64,000 nucleotides of DNA, taken from the NCBI RefSeq assembly GCF_006345805.1, contig NC_043013.1, positions 5,394,001-5,458,000 on the forward strand. The letters run 5' to 3'. Numbering within the stretch: the stretch's first letter is position 1; each line of letters starts with the position of its first letter. Source of the stretch: Octopus sinensis. Lineage: Eukaryota. A model generated the notes under the pieces. It did no database searches. It was not told the DNA's origin and was given only the letters and a program-made list of their open reading frames with translations. Positions 12,475 through 24,901 of the stretch are shown piece by piece. A program made the position numbers and the translations under genes.

Positions 12475-12509
<35 letters not shown>

Positions 12510-12700
12510 CATATGACGGGCTTCTTTCAGTTTCTGTCTACCAAATCCACTCACAAAGCTTTGGTAGGCCCAAGGCTATAGTAGAAGATACTTGCCCAAG
12601 ATGCCACACAGTGGGACTGAACCCAGAACCATGTGGTTGGTAAGCAAGCTACTTACCACACAGCCACTCCTGCGCCTATCCACACAGCCACTCTTGCGCC
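12285..12700 (-). mobile_element. tRNA-derived SINE family A
   Basis: Family A consensus on - with a duplicated head segment. Confidence 0.9.
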
Positions 12701-12713
12701 TATAATAATAATA

Positions 12714-12765
<52 letters not shown>

Positions 12766-13029
12766 CATCATCATCATCATCAAACATCCTTTTTTTTCCA
12801 TGCTGGCATGGGTTGGATGGTTTGACTGAGAACTGGTAAGCTAGGGAGCTGCACCAGGTTCCAATCTGATTTGGCATGGTTTCTATGGCTGAATGCCCTT
12901 CCTAACACCAACCAATCCAAGAGTGTAGTGGGTGCTTTTTATGTGCCTCAATGGAGAGCTATACCTAAATCCTCGTATCTTTCCTCTTCCTCACAGCAAA
13001 GCAATATCTCAGAAAGCCTTGCCAAGCCA

Positions 13030-13380
13030 CCTCATGGTCCCAATGGACAAAACGGAAAAGGTCTTCCCCCAGGGGATGACAAGGAAGATGCACTGGGACA
13101 GCCACTCTGACTCACGGCGTTCACATTTTCAGGCAGCCATCTCCACTCTGGTAGTGTTGAGCAGGGATGTAGTCTGGGAGCCAAGAACACCAGAGGTCTC
13201 CACTGTCACAGGTTCAACCACAAACCTTTGACATTTTGCCCTTCTCTGCCTGACAAGCAGTGGAGCCCAGGCTGGTTGATGAAAGCACCAAGTTGCAGCT
13301 GAAGAAATTGTCACAGTATGTGGAATCCCAGATGGACAATCAGTTCACTTGACAATTGTTTCTCTTCTATGAAGAGAACT
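13030..13380 (-). mobile_element. non-LTR retrotransposon RLE-domain fragment, CRE-clade-like
   Basis: Minus strand: IWDST.., EPVTVETSGVLGSQTTSLL, RRESEWLSQCIFLVIPWGKTFSVL, resembling the CRE-type C-terminal PVAVET.G..G / RE..WL.QRIS.AI.RGN motif. Confidence 0.6.
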
Positions 13381-13659
13381 ATGGAAGCTCAGTGTCACCT
13401 TAATTACACATCGATTTATTACTCCTCTACTTGATTGTAAACAATACCTCTTATTTCTCTCTGATACATTTCCTAACATAGTCGTTTGCTTGATGTTTAG
13501 AAATTGCAATTTTACTGAGAAATAAAATATTTAAACCAGATACAATACTTATATTTTAGGTTTACCTACACAAGTATACCCCTTCCTTCTAACTTTGTTG
13601 CCTCACAACTTCTAGAAAAATTTTCAGCAAATACATTTCAGGCCGTGTAAAAAGTGTAA

Positions 13660-14330
13660 ACACCTCCTTCGGTCATGAATGACCATGGGATTGCACCTAG
13701 AAAGTTCCCGTCCAAGGCACAAGTCTGGGCAAGATTGTTTATGGACGACCAGCTGTCACCCATTATATGTAAATAGGATGAAGGGTAAAGAGCCCCTTTG
13801 GTCATGAATGACCATGGGATTGCACCTAGAAAGATTCCCTCCAAGGCACAAGTCTGAGCAAGGTTGTTTATGGAAGACCAGCAGTCGCCCATGCATACCA
13901 GCCTCACCCTCTCCACACCATTATATGTACATAGGGTAAAGGGTAAAGACTGCCTTCGGTCATGAATGACCATGGGATTGCACTTAGAAAGTTTCCCTCC
14001 AAGGTGAGGTTGTTTATGGAAGACCAGCAGTTGTCCATGCATACCAACCTTCTCTCTCCACACCACCAATATTATTCAAGGGCCAATCAATACAGCTTGA
14101 TTACTGATTATTAAGGGCCAATCAATACAGCTTGATTACAGATTATTAAGGGCCAATCAATACAGCTTGACTTCAATGATGTTGCAACTCATTCCTACAG
14201 CTGAGTGAACTGGAGCAATGTGAAAATAAAGTGTCTTGCTCAAGAAAACACACACAGCCTGATCCGGAAATCAAACTCACTACCTTATGATTGTATGCCT
14301 GACAGTCTTACCACTGAGTCATGCATGGCT
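13660..14330 (-). mobile_element. CORE-like SINE with RTE-type tail, 3' segment triplicated
   Basis: GGTCATGAATGACCATGGGATTGCACCTAGAAAG occurs at ~13670, ~13800, ~13960; CAGCTGAGTGAACTGGAGCAA..AAGTGTCTTGCTCAAG core; another copy at 29110-29385. Confidence 0.7.
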
Positions 14331-15892
14331 ATATCAGAATTTAATATGAAACAAAATTGGTAGACTCGTACACATACATACTGACACACATCAACATATA
14401 TCTATAAAATGAAACTTGAAATTTAAAAAAAATCTTAATCCCCTGAAAATCTATTTACTGTTCACCTAGTACTCAAGGATGCAAGCACAGAAGTTCTGGG
14501 CCCTGAGAATGGGGCAAAAATGCTGCAGTTTTTGCCATCTGGCCATTGTCACCAACTTTTGTTCTGCTCCTATCTCCTCCAAAACTGGTTCATTCTATCT
14601 GTAAGCCATGGACTATATGTACCCCTAATTTTAATCTTGATATTATTGAAAGAAAAAGAAAATAAAGATGCCTTTTACAAGTTCTGTGGTATCATGACAA
14701 CCCCATACTTTTCATATAGCTAAAACCTCAGCCAATTAGAAACAACCTCTAAATCTGCCTCAGATAATATGCTACCCTCTTACAAATGGTATGTCATACA
14801 AAATAATGGAGTCCAAAATATCTGAAAATAAGATGGGATGGTCATGGGTGGTCTATGCTTTCTTATTGGGCTGATTATTCAGAGCTCACTTGGAGTCAAA
14901 TAACAAGAGCAATTTTTTTTATAAAGGTTGCATTTCTTTCTATATTAATGCCACAAGCTACTTCAGCCCAGAACAGCTGCTAAGCATTTACAATGGTAAA
15001 GTACACTTCACTGCAAAGTTATCTTCTGAATTATGCACCAATCAAACTTGCATGCATTCTTGAAAAACATCCAAAATAAAGTCAAGATGTTGCTTGTCTG
15101 TTAGTCAAGATATTGATCTATTGATCTGATAGTGAAGATGTTTGCCTGGTAGTCAATAGATCTATTATCTACTCAAGATTTTCATTTTCTTGAGCCCTCA
15201 GACTCATAAGGTCAATTGCCCAGTTTCTATGATATATAAGTGAATTGGATGTTCTTCCATTGCAGGGTTCAACACCAGCAATTTTTGAGAAGAGACAAGT
15301 CAATTACATTAATTCCAGTACTTGACTGGTACTTTATTTTATTGATCTTAAATAAATGAAAGGTAGAGTCGACCTCAGCAGGATTTGAACTCAGAATGTA
15401 ATGCCATTTAATGGCACTTTATCTGAAATGTAAACAATTCTATCAGTTCACCATCTTGCTCTCAAGATATCTGTCAGATAATAGTTTCATAACTACTTCA
15501 ACAAATAAGGTGATGTTTGTGTTCTCTAATGAAGCCACAACAATACCAAAACATATTTAAAGTTGTCTCCCTTACTTGCCAAAAGAATTATAATAATATT
15601 AGACACTGACTAATTGCTGGCAGTAATTTTGTTCTTTAATACTTTTGGATTTTATCTTTAAAGACATCTTAATTCTCTAATGATGCTGCTGTTGAAAAGC
15701 TGAATGAGATGTTAGATAAATGAAAAGAATAGTCATTCATTTTCACTTCATCATATATTTAAAGTTAAAAGCTTGTCCTGGATCTAACAGTCCAACAAAA
15801 AGAAACAACTGAATAATGTTGGAAAATTTTATTGATAGTAGTTTTATGTGTTAAGAAGCAAGAATATGACTATGAAAGTGGCAACTGTGCAA

Positions 15893-16056
15893 GCGCAGGA
15901 GTGGCTGTGTGGTAATTAGCTTGCTAACCAACCACATGGTTCCAGGTTCAGTCCCACTGCATGGCATCTTGGGCAAGTGTCTTCTGCTACAGCCCCGGGC
16001 CGACCAACGCCTTGTGAGTGGATTTGGTAGATGGGAACTGAAAGAAGCTTGTCGTA

Positions 16057-16113
<57 letters not shown>

Positions 16114-16323
16114 TTGTGTGTCTGTGTTTGTCCCCATAGCATTGTTTGACAACCGATGCTGGTGTGTTTACGTCCCCGTCACTTAGCAGTTCGGCAAAAG
16201 AGACCGATAGAATAAGTACTGGGCTTACAAAGAATAAGTCCCGGGGTCGATTTGCTCGACTAAAGGCGGTGCTCCAGTATGGCCGCAGTCAAATGACTGA
16301 AACAAGTAAAAGAGTAAAAGAGT
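15893..16323 (+). mobile_element. tRNA-derived SINE family A, young subfamily
   Basis: Diagnostic GCTAACC/GGCATCTT/GTCACTTAG/ACTGGGC variants shared with 40062, 43562, 49074 and 61730. Confidence 0.92.
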
Positions 16324-16714
16324 ATACAATTCTTTTTACAGTTCAGCCTTTTATCAGTCAGAATTGTGAGGACAAGAATTTGCCTGTCATTACACTTCAC
16401 TGCTTACATCATTAACCTCCTGACTTATACATTGTCTGTCTGTCTCTATAAAACTGCTTTCTTTTAACATACCTTGGAACAACTCTGAATGAACAGATCT
16501 ATGGTGATGTCATCACTTGAAAATCTGGGAGATATTTACAAGAGTAGGTGAAAAGCTCTTGGGGGTCACTATGAAGGAGTAATGCTAGAGCTGTGAAATC
16601 TTGCATGCGTTAATTTCAACTCTTCTTCTTAATAATTTGCATTTGTTTCTTTCTGGGTAAACTGACATCCGACTGTTCAAAGAAGATTTCAAAAGTAACT
16701 AGTAGTTATTTCTT

Positions 16715-17520
16715 ACGAAAATGGACAAAATTTGGTATCGCCATGTTATCAAGTACCTGCAGAAAAAGGGGTTTACTTCCACCCCACACACAAGGACATT
16801 CATGCTGACATGGCTACTACATTAGGAGACGGACACTCCAGATTTATCAACAGTGCAAAAGTGAGCAGCCAAATTTTCGTAGGTGAAGGGAGAGTCTTGA
16901 AGATGGCCCAACATCTGGACGCCCTGCAACTGCCACCACCGAGGAAAACATTGATTGTGTTCACCACATGGTGATTGATAACAAATGATTGACTATAAAT
17001 CAAATAGCCAATGCTATTAGCACATCTTTTACAGATTCCATGGACAGCGAGGCTCACCAATGGAGAAGTTCTTAAGCAGATCAGGCTGAAAATGTCGCTA
17101 GAAGCTAGGATCACCAAGCATAGATTGACATATTTCGGTCATATTATGTGGAGAAAATCCCTGGAGAAGGACATCATGCTCGGAATGGTCAGTGGCAAGA
17201 GAGGAAGAGGCCGACCAAGAACCAGCTGGCTTGACACCATCAAGAGTGATACCAGAATGGACATAGCCAATCTGAAAGAAGCAGCCCAGGATAGAACTGA
17301 CTGGAGGACACTGATCCAATGAGTAATCGAGAGTCGACTTCGACTGAGCGGATAGATAGATAGATTAGCACATCCCTTGAGAGACTTGAGAATGTTCCGC
17401 ACAATGAACTTGGTACAATAAAGGTTTCTGTTCAGTGGGTACCACGTCTTCTGACACCTGATCAAAAGCATACCAGGCTGATCACATCACAGGAACATCT
17501 GATATTGTTTGAGGCAGATC
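16715..17520 (+). mobile_element. decayed mariner transposase 5' fragment interrupted by an RTE LINE
   Basis: MDKIWYRHVIKYLQKKG..., SGRP-like, then after the insert ...VSVQWVPRLLTPDQKHTR (WVPHEL-type motif). Confidence 0.8.
17027..17363 (+). mobile_element. 5'-truncated RTE (BovB-like) LINE with TSD
   Basis: IPWTARLTNGEVLKQI..YFGHIMWRKSLEKDIMLGMVSGKRGRGRPRTSWLD; (GATA)n tail; TSD ATTAGCACATC at 17016-17026 and 17364-17374. Confidence 0.9.
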
Positions 17521-17839
17521 CCTGAAAGAATGAAAGGCAAAATGAACTTCGGTGGAATTTGAACTCAGAACGTATAGACGGATGAAACGCCACTAAGTGT
17601 TTTGTCTGGCAAGTTAACAATTCTGCTACTTTACTGCATTTGATGATGATGATGATAATCATCATCATCATCATCATCGTTTAACGTATGCTTTCCATGC
17701 TAGCATGGGTTGGACGATTTGACTGAGGACTGGCGAACCAGATGGCTGCACCAGGCTCCAATCTAATCTGTCAGAGTTTCTACAGTTGGATGCCCTTCCT
17801 AATGCCAACCACTCCCAGAGTGTAGATAATGATAATAAT

Positions 17840-18470
17840 AATCCTTTCTAGTATAGGCACAAGGCCTGAAATTTGGGAAAAGAGGATAGTCGATAACATT
17901 CACCTCGGTATTCAACTGGTACTTATTTAATTGACCCCAAAAAGATGAAAAGCAAAGTCAACCCTTGCAGAGACGAAATACCACTAAGCATTTCACCAAG
18001 CGTGCTAATGGTTCTGCCAGCTTGCCACCTAAATAATCCTTTCTACTATAGGCCTGAAATTTGGGGAGGGGGATAGTCAATAACATTGACCTCAGTATTC
18101 AACTGGTACTTATTTTATTGACCCCAAAAGGATGAAAGGCAAAGTCAACCCCTGCAGAATTTGAACTCAGAATGTTAAGAGAGACGAAATACCATTAAGC
18201 TTTTCGCCCAGCATGTTAACAATTCTGCTGGCTCACCGCCTTTATGATAATAATAATGGTTTCAAATTTTGGTACAAGGCCAGCAATTTTAGGAGAGGGG
18301 GTTAGTCAATTAAATCAACCCCCATGCTTGACTGGTACTTATTTTATCAACCCTGAAAGGATGAAAAGGTACAGTCGACCTTGGCAGAATTTGAACTCAG
18401 AATGAAAAGATAAACGAAATGGCACTAAGTGTTTTGTTTGGCATGCAAACAAATCTGCCAGCTCATTGCC
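17840..18470 (-). mobile_element. tandem chain of Nin-domain-like SINEs (family B)
   Basis: Three copies of the CTGGTACT..ATTGACCCC.AAAGGATGAAAGGCAAAGTC motif in series. Confidence 0.75.
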
Positions 18471-19309
18471 TTTGACGATGATGATGATGACAATGGCAGC
18501 AGTGGTGACACCGCTGATAATTATTAAACAGGATGTTCATAACTAGAATTCTTTTGATTGCAAATCTGCTCAATCAAGTCTGACCTGTGGTTAAACAACA
18601 ACAACAAAAATAGCGGGGTGGGGGGTTAAAATACCACTATACAAATACTATTTTCATAATTTTGTTTAATTCCTCCCAGAAATCATGTTTGTCTTTCTTT
18701 ATATACAATCAGCACATTTTACTAAGTTCAAACTAGTTTTTTTGCTATTTCAAAATTTCTAGATTGCAGCTGTGGCAAATTCTAGCCCCAACTCTAACTT
18801 GTTTGATATATTTAGTGAAGGAAATACATTGTGTCAACATCAGACTTTATGTAAAATGATATCATATCTAAAGCAGAATTGTTTCAAATCTTACTTTTTT
18901 TTTTGTTTTTGGTTTTCATTGTTTGCTTCTAGTTTTGTTTTTTTTTTCTTCTAGTTTTATCTTTCCATAGAGAACTTATCAGTAATTATCGACTTCACTG
19001 AATATGATAAACTATCTGTCTGTTTTATCTGTTTCTTTCCCTCTCTTTCTCTCTCTTTATGTATGTATGTGTGTGTATGTGTGCATGCGTGTGTGTGTGT
19101 GTGTGTGTATATACACACACATATATACATACTTAAAGTAATGACTTTTTGCGAACATAATGTGGCAGTCCCAGGATGAGAAGAATGTTACTGTTATTTA
19201 GCCCCGGGGAAACATCATTTCTAGCTGGCTATATGACACATAAAAAATTGTGTGTCCTTATATTTTTCAAATAGGGGAGATCATCACCTCCACTCGGCAC
19301 GACTTTTCA

Positions 19310-19351
19310 TCCACAGACTTGTTTCTGGGTTATTGCTTTTATCAGCGTGGA
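19310..19351 (-). ncRNA. decayed type I hammerhead (G8>A)
   Basis: TCCACG-CTGATAA-AAGCAATAACCCA-GAAAC-AA-GTC-TGTGGA. Confidence 0.6.
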
Positions 19352-19663
19352 GTAGCTTGGTTGGTTAGATGTCGCTGCTGAACTGCTGTAGAAAATATAT
19401 AGATTTTTTAAAGTAACACACAGTCACTGATCTACAAAATAGAAATATTATTTCTAAATCTCTCAAAGAGAGATATACAGTAACAGCACCGTAAAGTAAT
19501 GACTTTTTGTGAACATAATGTGGCAGTTCCAGGATGGGATGAATGTTGCTGTTATTCAACCCCAGGAAACATCATTTCCAGCTGGCTATATGACCCAAAA
19601 AATTCTGTGTCCTTATATTTTCAAACAGGGGAGATCAGTACCTCCACTCAGCACAACTTTGCA

Positions 19664-19708
19664 TCAGTGGACATTTATTTCTGGGTTATTGTCCTTTATC
19701 AGCATGAA
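19664..19708 (-). ncRNA. decayed type I hammerhead (G8>A)
   Basis: TTCATG-CTGATAA-AGGACAATAACCCA-GAAAT-AAAT-GTC-CACTGA at the homologous position in unit 2. Confidence 0.5.
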
Positions 19709-19879
19709 GTAGCTTGGTTGACTAGATGTCACTACTGAACTGCTGTCGAAAATATAAGAACACAGAATTTTTTATGTCATATAGCCAACTGGAAACGATG
19801 TTTCCTGGGGCTAAATAACAGTAACATTCATCCCATCCTGGGACTGCCTCATTAAGATGGCAATAAATCATTACTTTAT

Positions 19880-20520
19880 TGTGCACTTTCCATACATGAG
19901 TTGGACGATTTTGACTGAGGGCTGGTGAACCAGATAGCTGCACCAGGCTCCAATCTTGATCTGGCAGAGTTTCTACTGCTGGATGCCCTTCCTAACGCTA
20001 ACCACTCCGAAAGTGTAGTGGGTGTTTTTTATGTGCCACCGACACGGGAGCCAGTCAGGCAGTACTGGCAACGACTTCGCTCAAATCTTTTTACACATGC
20101 CACCAGCACAGGTGCCAGTAAGGCGTGGCTGGTAACGATCACACTCGAATGGTGCCTTTTATGTGCCACTGGCACAGAAGCCAGTTGGCCGCTCTGGCAA
20201 TGATCACGATCAGATGGTGCTCTTAGCTCCCTACTAGCATGGGCACAAGTGCCAGTAAGGTGATGCTGGTAACGATTACACTCGAATGGTGCCTTTTACG
20301 TGCCACCGGCATGGAAGACAGTTAGCTGCTCTGGCAACGATCACGATCAGATGGTGCTCTTTGCACCCCGCTAGCACGGATGCCAGTCATCGAATTTGAT
20401 TTTGATTTTGATCTGATTTCACTTGCCTCAACAGGTCTTTGCAAGCAGAGTTTAGTGTCCAAAGAAGGAAAATGTATGCATAAGTGGGCTGGTTACGCTC
20501 CTGGCATAGGCCACGAGATT
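19880..20520 (-). mobile_element. Meta-domain-like retroposon with internal duplication
   Basis: Same family as 10900-11460; ~140-bp internal segment repeated twice. Confidence 0.7.
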
Positions 20521-20887
20521 ATGTGTCTGTGTTTGTCCTCCTGCCATCGCTTGACAACTGATGTTAATGTACTTATATCCCCGTAACTTAGTGGTTCAGC
20601 AAAAGAATAAAATAGAATAAGTACTAGGCTTACAAAGTTCAAACCTGAAGTGAATTTTGACTTACTGTTTTCAAGAAAATAAAATTCCTGAGAAGTTCTA
20701 AGACTAATATTTATATTCTTATATAAACATTTTGAATGTGAAAAAAATTATATAAGAAAACTAAGGCTTCCACCCAAGATGTTCTCTTTTGCGGCTGATT
20801 CTAGATAAATTTTTCACATTGTCTGGCTTTTGACCTCCATAACTGTACATAATTTTCGTTTCCTGTATCAGACAGATATCTCTGATC

Positions 20888-20965
20888 TGTTGTTGTTGTT
20901 GCTGCTGCTGTTGTTGGTCTTGTTACTGTTGTTTTTATTATTGGTGCGGCTGTTGCTGCTACTGC

Positions 20966-20996
<31 letters not shown>

Positions 20997-21205
20997 GATG
21001 GTGGTGGTCGTGTTGCTGTTGTTTTTGTTGTTGTTGATGGTGGTGGTGGTGGTGGTGATGGTGGTGGTGGTGGTGATGGTGGTGGTGGTAATGGTAGCTG
21101 TCATGGTGGTGGTCTTGTTGCTGCTGCTGCTGCTGTTGTTGTCATCGTCATCGTCGGTGGTGGTGGTGGTGGTCTTGCTACTGTTGTTGTTTTCGTTGTT
21201 GCTAC
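20888..21205. repeat. (GTT/GGT/GCT)n compound microsatellite
   Basis: Visible trinucleotide repeats. Confidence 0.95.
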
Positions 21206-21758
21206 CATGGGTGTTGTAGCTGTACAACCCTAAGTCATTTCTGATTGAACATAACCTACAGCAAGCAGTTGGTCTTATTGTATTTGGATTTGGCAGAGGT
21301 TTTGATGGAAATTTACCACTGATATTCCTTACATTGGAATACATAAATGTATTTTTGGAATATTTATCCCAGACAAAGGTCTTCTGATAGACAATTGCAT
21401 ATTATTTTTAGGAACAGCATCATGCCACACAGAAGCATTATTGAATGCCTGCTCCTAATTGCATATTCTGTATTCCGACCTCCGCAGCAGAGAGTAATGA
21501 CCTCCATGCCACAAAGCAAAATTTTAATTGTTTACTCTCTGGCAGTCTGGCAGAATTGTTAGCCCATCAAACAAAATGTTTACCAGCACTTCTTCAAGCT
21601 CTGTATGTTCTGAGTTCAAATCCTACCATCGTCTACTTTGCCTTTCATCCCACCACCACCACCAACACCACCACCATCACCACCACCACCATCACCATCA
21701 CCATCACCATCATCATCATCATCACCACCACCACCACCACCACACCACCACCACCACC

Positions 21759-21789
<31 letters not shown>

Positions 21790-21792
<3 letters not shown>

Positions 21793-22260
21793 TCATCATC
21801 GTTTAACGTCCTTTTTCCATGCTAGCATGGGTTGGACGATTTGACTGAGGTCTGACGAACCAGATGGCTGCACCAGGCTCCAATCTGATCTGGCAGAGTT
21901 TCTACAGCTGGATGCCCTTCCTAACGCCAACCACTCTGAGAGTGTAGTGGGTGCTTTTACGTGCCACCAGCACGAGGGCCAGTCAGGCGGTACTGGCAAC
22001 GGTCATGCTCAAATGGTGCTTTTTATGTACCACCTGCACAGGAGCCAGTCCAGTGGCACTGGCAACAACCACGCTCGAATGTTTTTTCACATGCCACCAG
22101 CACAAGTTCCAGTTAGGCGACGCAGGTAACAATCACGCTCGAATGGTGCTTTTTATGTGCCACCAGCATGGAGGGCAGCTTGTTGCTCTAGCAACGATCA
22201 TGCTCGTATGGTACTTTTAGCGGTCCACTAGCACAGATGCCAGTCATCGAATTTGATTTC
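21790..22260 (-). mobile_element. Meta-domain-like retroposon with expanded (CAT/CAC)n tail (21650-21800)
   Basis: CGTTTAACGTCC..GCTAGCATGGGTTGGACG..GGATGCCCTTCCTAACGCC family signature. Confidence 0.75.
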
Positions 22261-23276
22261 AATGAAGAACCAGTTAAGTACTAAAGTTGAGTTGATGTAA
22301 CTGACTGGTTCCCTCATTGGCCTTGAACCCTACAATTGACAAGCATCCCTTTCAGGGGTATATGGTAATCTTGGTTATTTATACCCCATGGAAACCAGGA
22401 AACCAGCTTTATGAATCCTTAGACTCAGGAAGAATATTAAAAAAAAACCTTTTTTACCATTTTACTAGGCCAATGAGAGAGCAAGTACCTCTCAGTCATG
22501 TACTGGTTATATAAATAGAACCCAAAGGTCTCTCTCCAGCTTCACTCCACTTTACCTGGCTGAACTCAGCAAGGGCAGAAGGGTTTTATTTGAAGAAATT
22601 AACTGCAGTATTTATGTTTTTTTGAAGCCTGTACATATTCTATTGGTCTCTTTTGCTAAACTGCTAAATTACAAGGGACATAAACAAACCAATCCTGAGC
22701 ATCAAGTGGGAGTAGGTATGACACAAATACACACACACACATCTGTTTACATAACAGGCTTCCTCACAGTTTCTCACAAGGCATTGGTCAGACTGGAGCT
22801 ATAGCAGTAGACACTTGCTCAAGGTGCTGTGCAGTGGAACTGAACCCAAAACCACATGGTAGCAAAGTGAGCTTCTTAATTACACAGCCAAACCTGCACC
22901 TAATACAAACGAGATAAATGAAGACTGATTGGTTGAAAGTTTTTTATGTCATATAACAATAGTACATACCTTGAGAAGAGATGGTCACGTGTCATTTTGA
23001 AGTTAAGCTACTGGAGTTAATGACAGGTGACCTTTTTACTAATTCTGACACTAATTACATTTGGTAATTCTATAACCTTTGAACTTAACTAATTCCGTAA
23101 TTAGATGTGACCTCTTTTAATTGGACGGGATCTAAAAAAAGAAGAAAAAATAAACGTTGATAACCAAAACATTGATGACAAGTACTATAGCATCATTGTC
23201 ACAGAGCAGAAATTGTACATAGGCGTAGGAGTGGCTGTGTGGTAAGTAGCTTGCTTACCAGGATGCAAAGGATTTA

Positions 23277-23363
23277 GCGGTACATATGTTTCTGGCTTTA
23301 TTAGACAGTTTATATTAATGCATAATTGATGTAATATGTATGTCAAAAGCCTTCTTCAGCCGC
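23277..23363 (-). ncRNA. type I hammerhead ribozyme, intact core, long stem II
   Basis: GCGG-CTGAAGA-A-GGCTTT.GACA..ATATTA..TAATAT..TGTC..AAAGCC-A-GAAAC-ATAT-GTA-CCGC; perfect palindromic stem III ACATATGT, GUA triplet. Confidence 0.8.
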
Positions 23364-23551
23364 GTACAATTACCACACCAAAGACATGTATTAAATTATA
23401 GCAGGTTTGAGAAGTTTGGGAAAAATACGGGTTTCGTTGGGGATGCAAATCCTCATAGTTGTATACAGCAGAGCGAGAAACCAAAACAAAAACAAAGCAT
23501 CCATACCGTTTTTCACTCAATGTAGAATATATATATATATATATATATATA

Positions 23552-24840
23552 CGAGGGACGTTCAATAAGTAATGCCTCTGACCCACTTGCAGTTGTTTGA
23601 TCTAGCTGAAACTTTGTATGTGCAATCATTTATATCTCTATAGAGTAAGTGGCAAATTACAGCACTGAATTAATTGTGGTTTCTGATTTACAGGTGTTTG
23701 AACCGAGTCAAGTGTTAAATGGAGCCTGTTGAGTGTCGAGCAGTGATCCGGTTTTTGTATTTGAAAGGACGCACACCACGGGAGACTTTTGATGAAATGA
23801 AAGTAACTTATGGTGATGATGCCCCATCATATGACCTTGTAAAACGCTGGCATCGTGAATTCAAACATGGTCGGAACACTGTGGAAACAGCTCCCAGATC
23901 TGGTCGCCCCCTTCTGCCATTGATGAGGCATCTGTCCGTGAAGTTGAGGCTGCCATTTTGGAAGATCGACGCATAACTATTCGCCAAATAGCCCATGAGG
24001 TCAAGATTAGTACCGGGTCTGTGGAAACTATCATTCATGACCATTTGCATATGCAAAAGGTATCTGCCAGATGGATTCCCAGGTTGCTCACGCCTTTCCA
24101 GAAGCAAGAACGCGTCGAGTGCTCGAGGATGAATTTGGAGATGTGCCAAGAAGATGAGTCAAAATTTTTCAAAAGACTGATTACACAGGATGAAACCTGG
24201 GTCCATCATGATGATCCAGAGACCAAAGCCCAGTCAATGCAGTGGAAGCACCGTGACTCACCCCCTCCAAAGAAGGCAAGGATGCAGCCCTCCGCTGGCA
24301 AGGTCATGCTCACAGTCTTCTGGGACCAGGACGGAGTAGTGATAACAGATTTCCTGGCAAAGGGTACCACAATTGCAGGAGCCTATTATGCTTCACTTTT
24401 GAGGAAATTAAGAGAAGTTATCAAAATCAAGAGGCGGGGCAAGATCAGCAAAGGCATCCTCCTCCTGCAGGACAACGCTCCGGTCCACAACTCGCTTGTC
24501 GCCAGATCAGAAGCACAGGCGTATGGCTATGAACTCCTCCCCCATCCCCCTACTTTCCTGACCTTGCACCCTCTGATTTTCACCTCTTCCCAGTCATGAA
24601 GTTGTTTTTGAAAGGAAAGCGTTTCCCAGATGATGCAGCCTTGATTTCTGAAGTTGCGTTCAGGTTGGAGTACCAAGCTGGGGTCTTCTATAAAAACGGT
24701 CTCCAGAGCTGCATCAAACAATGGGAGAAATGCGTAACTCTGGGTGGTTCCTATGTAGAAAAAGACTAATACTGTGCCAAATTTCGTTGCTCTACTGCTA
24801 TGGGAAGTGGGTCAGGGGCATTACTTATTGAACGCCCCTC

Positions 24841-24841
<1 letters not shown>
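23552..24841 (+). mobile_element. full-length mariner element (DD34D), 1290 bp
   Basis: 37-bp TIRs CGAGGG(A/G)CGTTCAATAAGTAATGCC(T/C)CTGACCCACTT with 2 mismatches; flanking TA inside (TA)n. Confidence 0.97.
23719..24769 (+). pseudogene. mariner transposase with two single-base frameshifts
   Basis: MEPVECRAVIRFLYLKG HTH, WIPRLL, ITQDETW, QDNAPVH, HPPYFPDLAPSDF (D-34-D), ending EKD*; frameshifts near 23910 and 24550, both in C runs. Confidence 0.92.

Positions 24842-24901
<60 letters not shown>

Larger units (their letters stand above)
19134..19878 (-). mobile_element. tandem dimer plus inverted partial copy of a hammerhead-bearing repeat (Penelope pseudo-LTR / retrozyme-like)
   Basis: Direct repeats start at 19134 and 19492 (TAAAGTAATGACTTTTTG); 19750-19878 is the reverse complement of the first ~130 nt of the unit; one hammerhead per unit. 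Confidence 0.8.
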
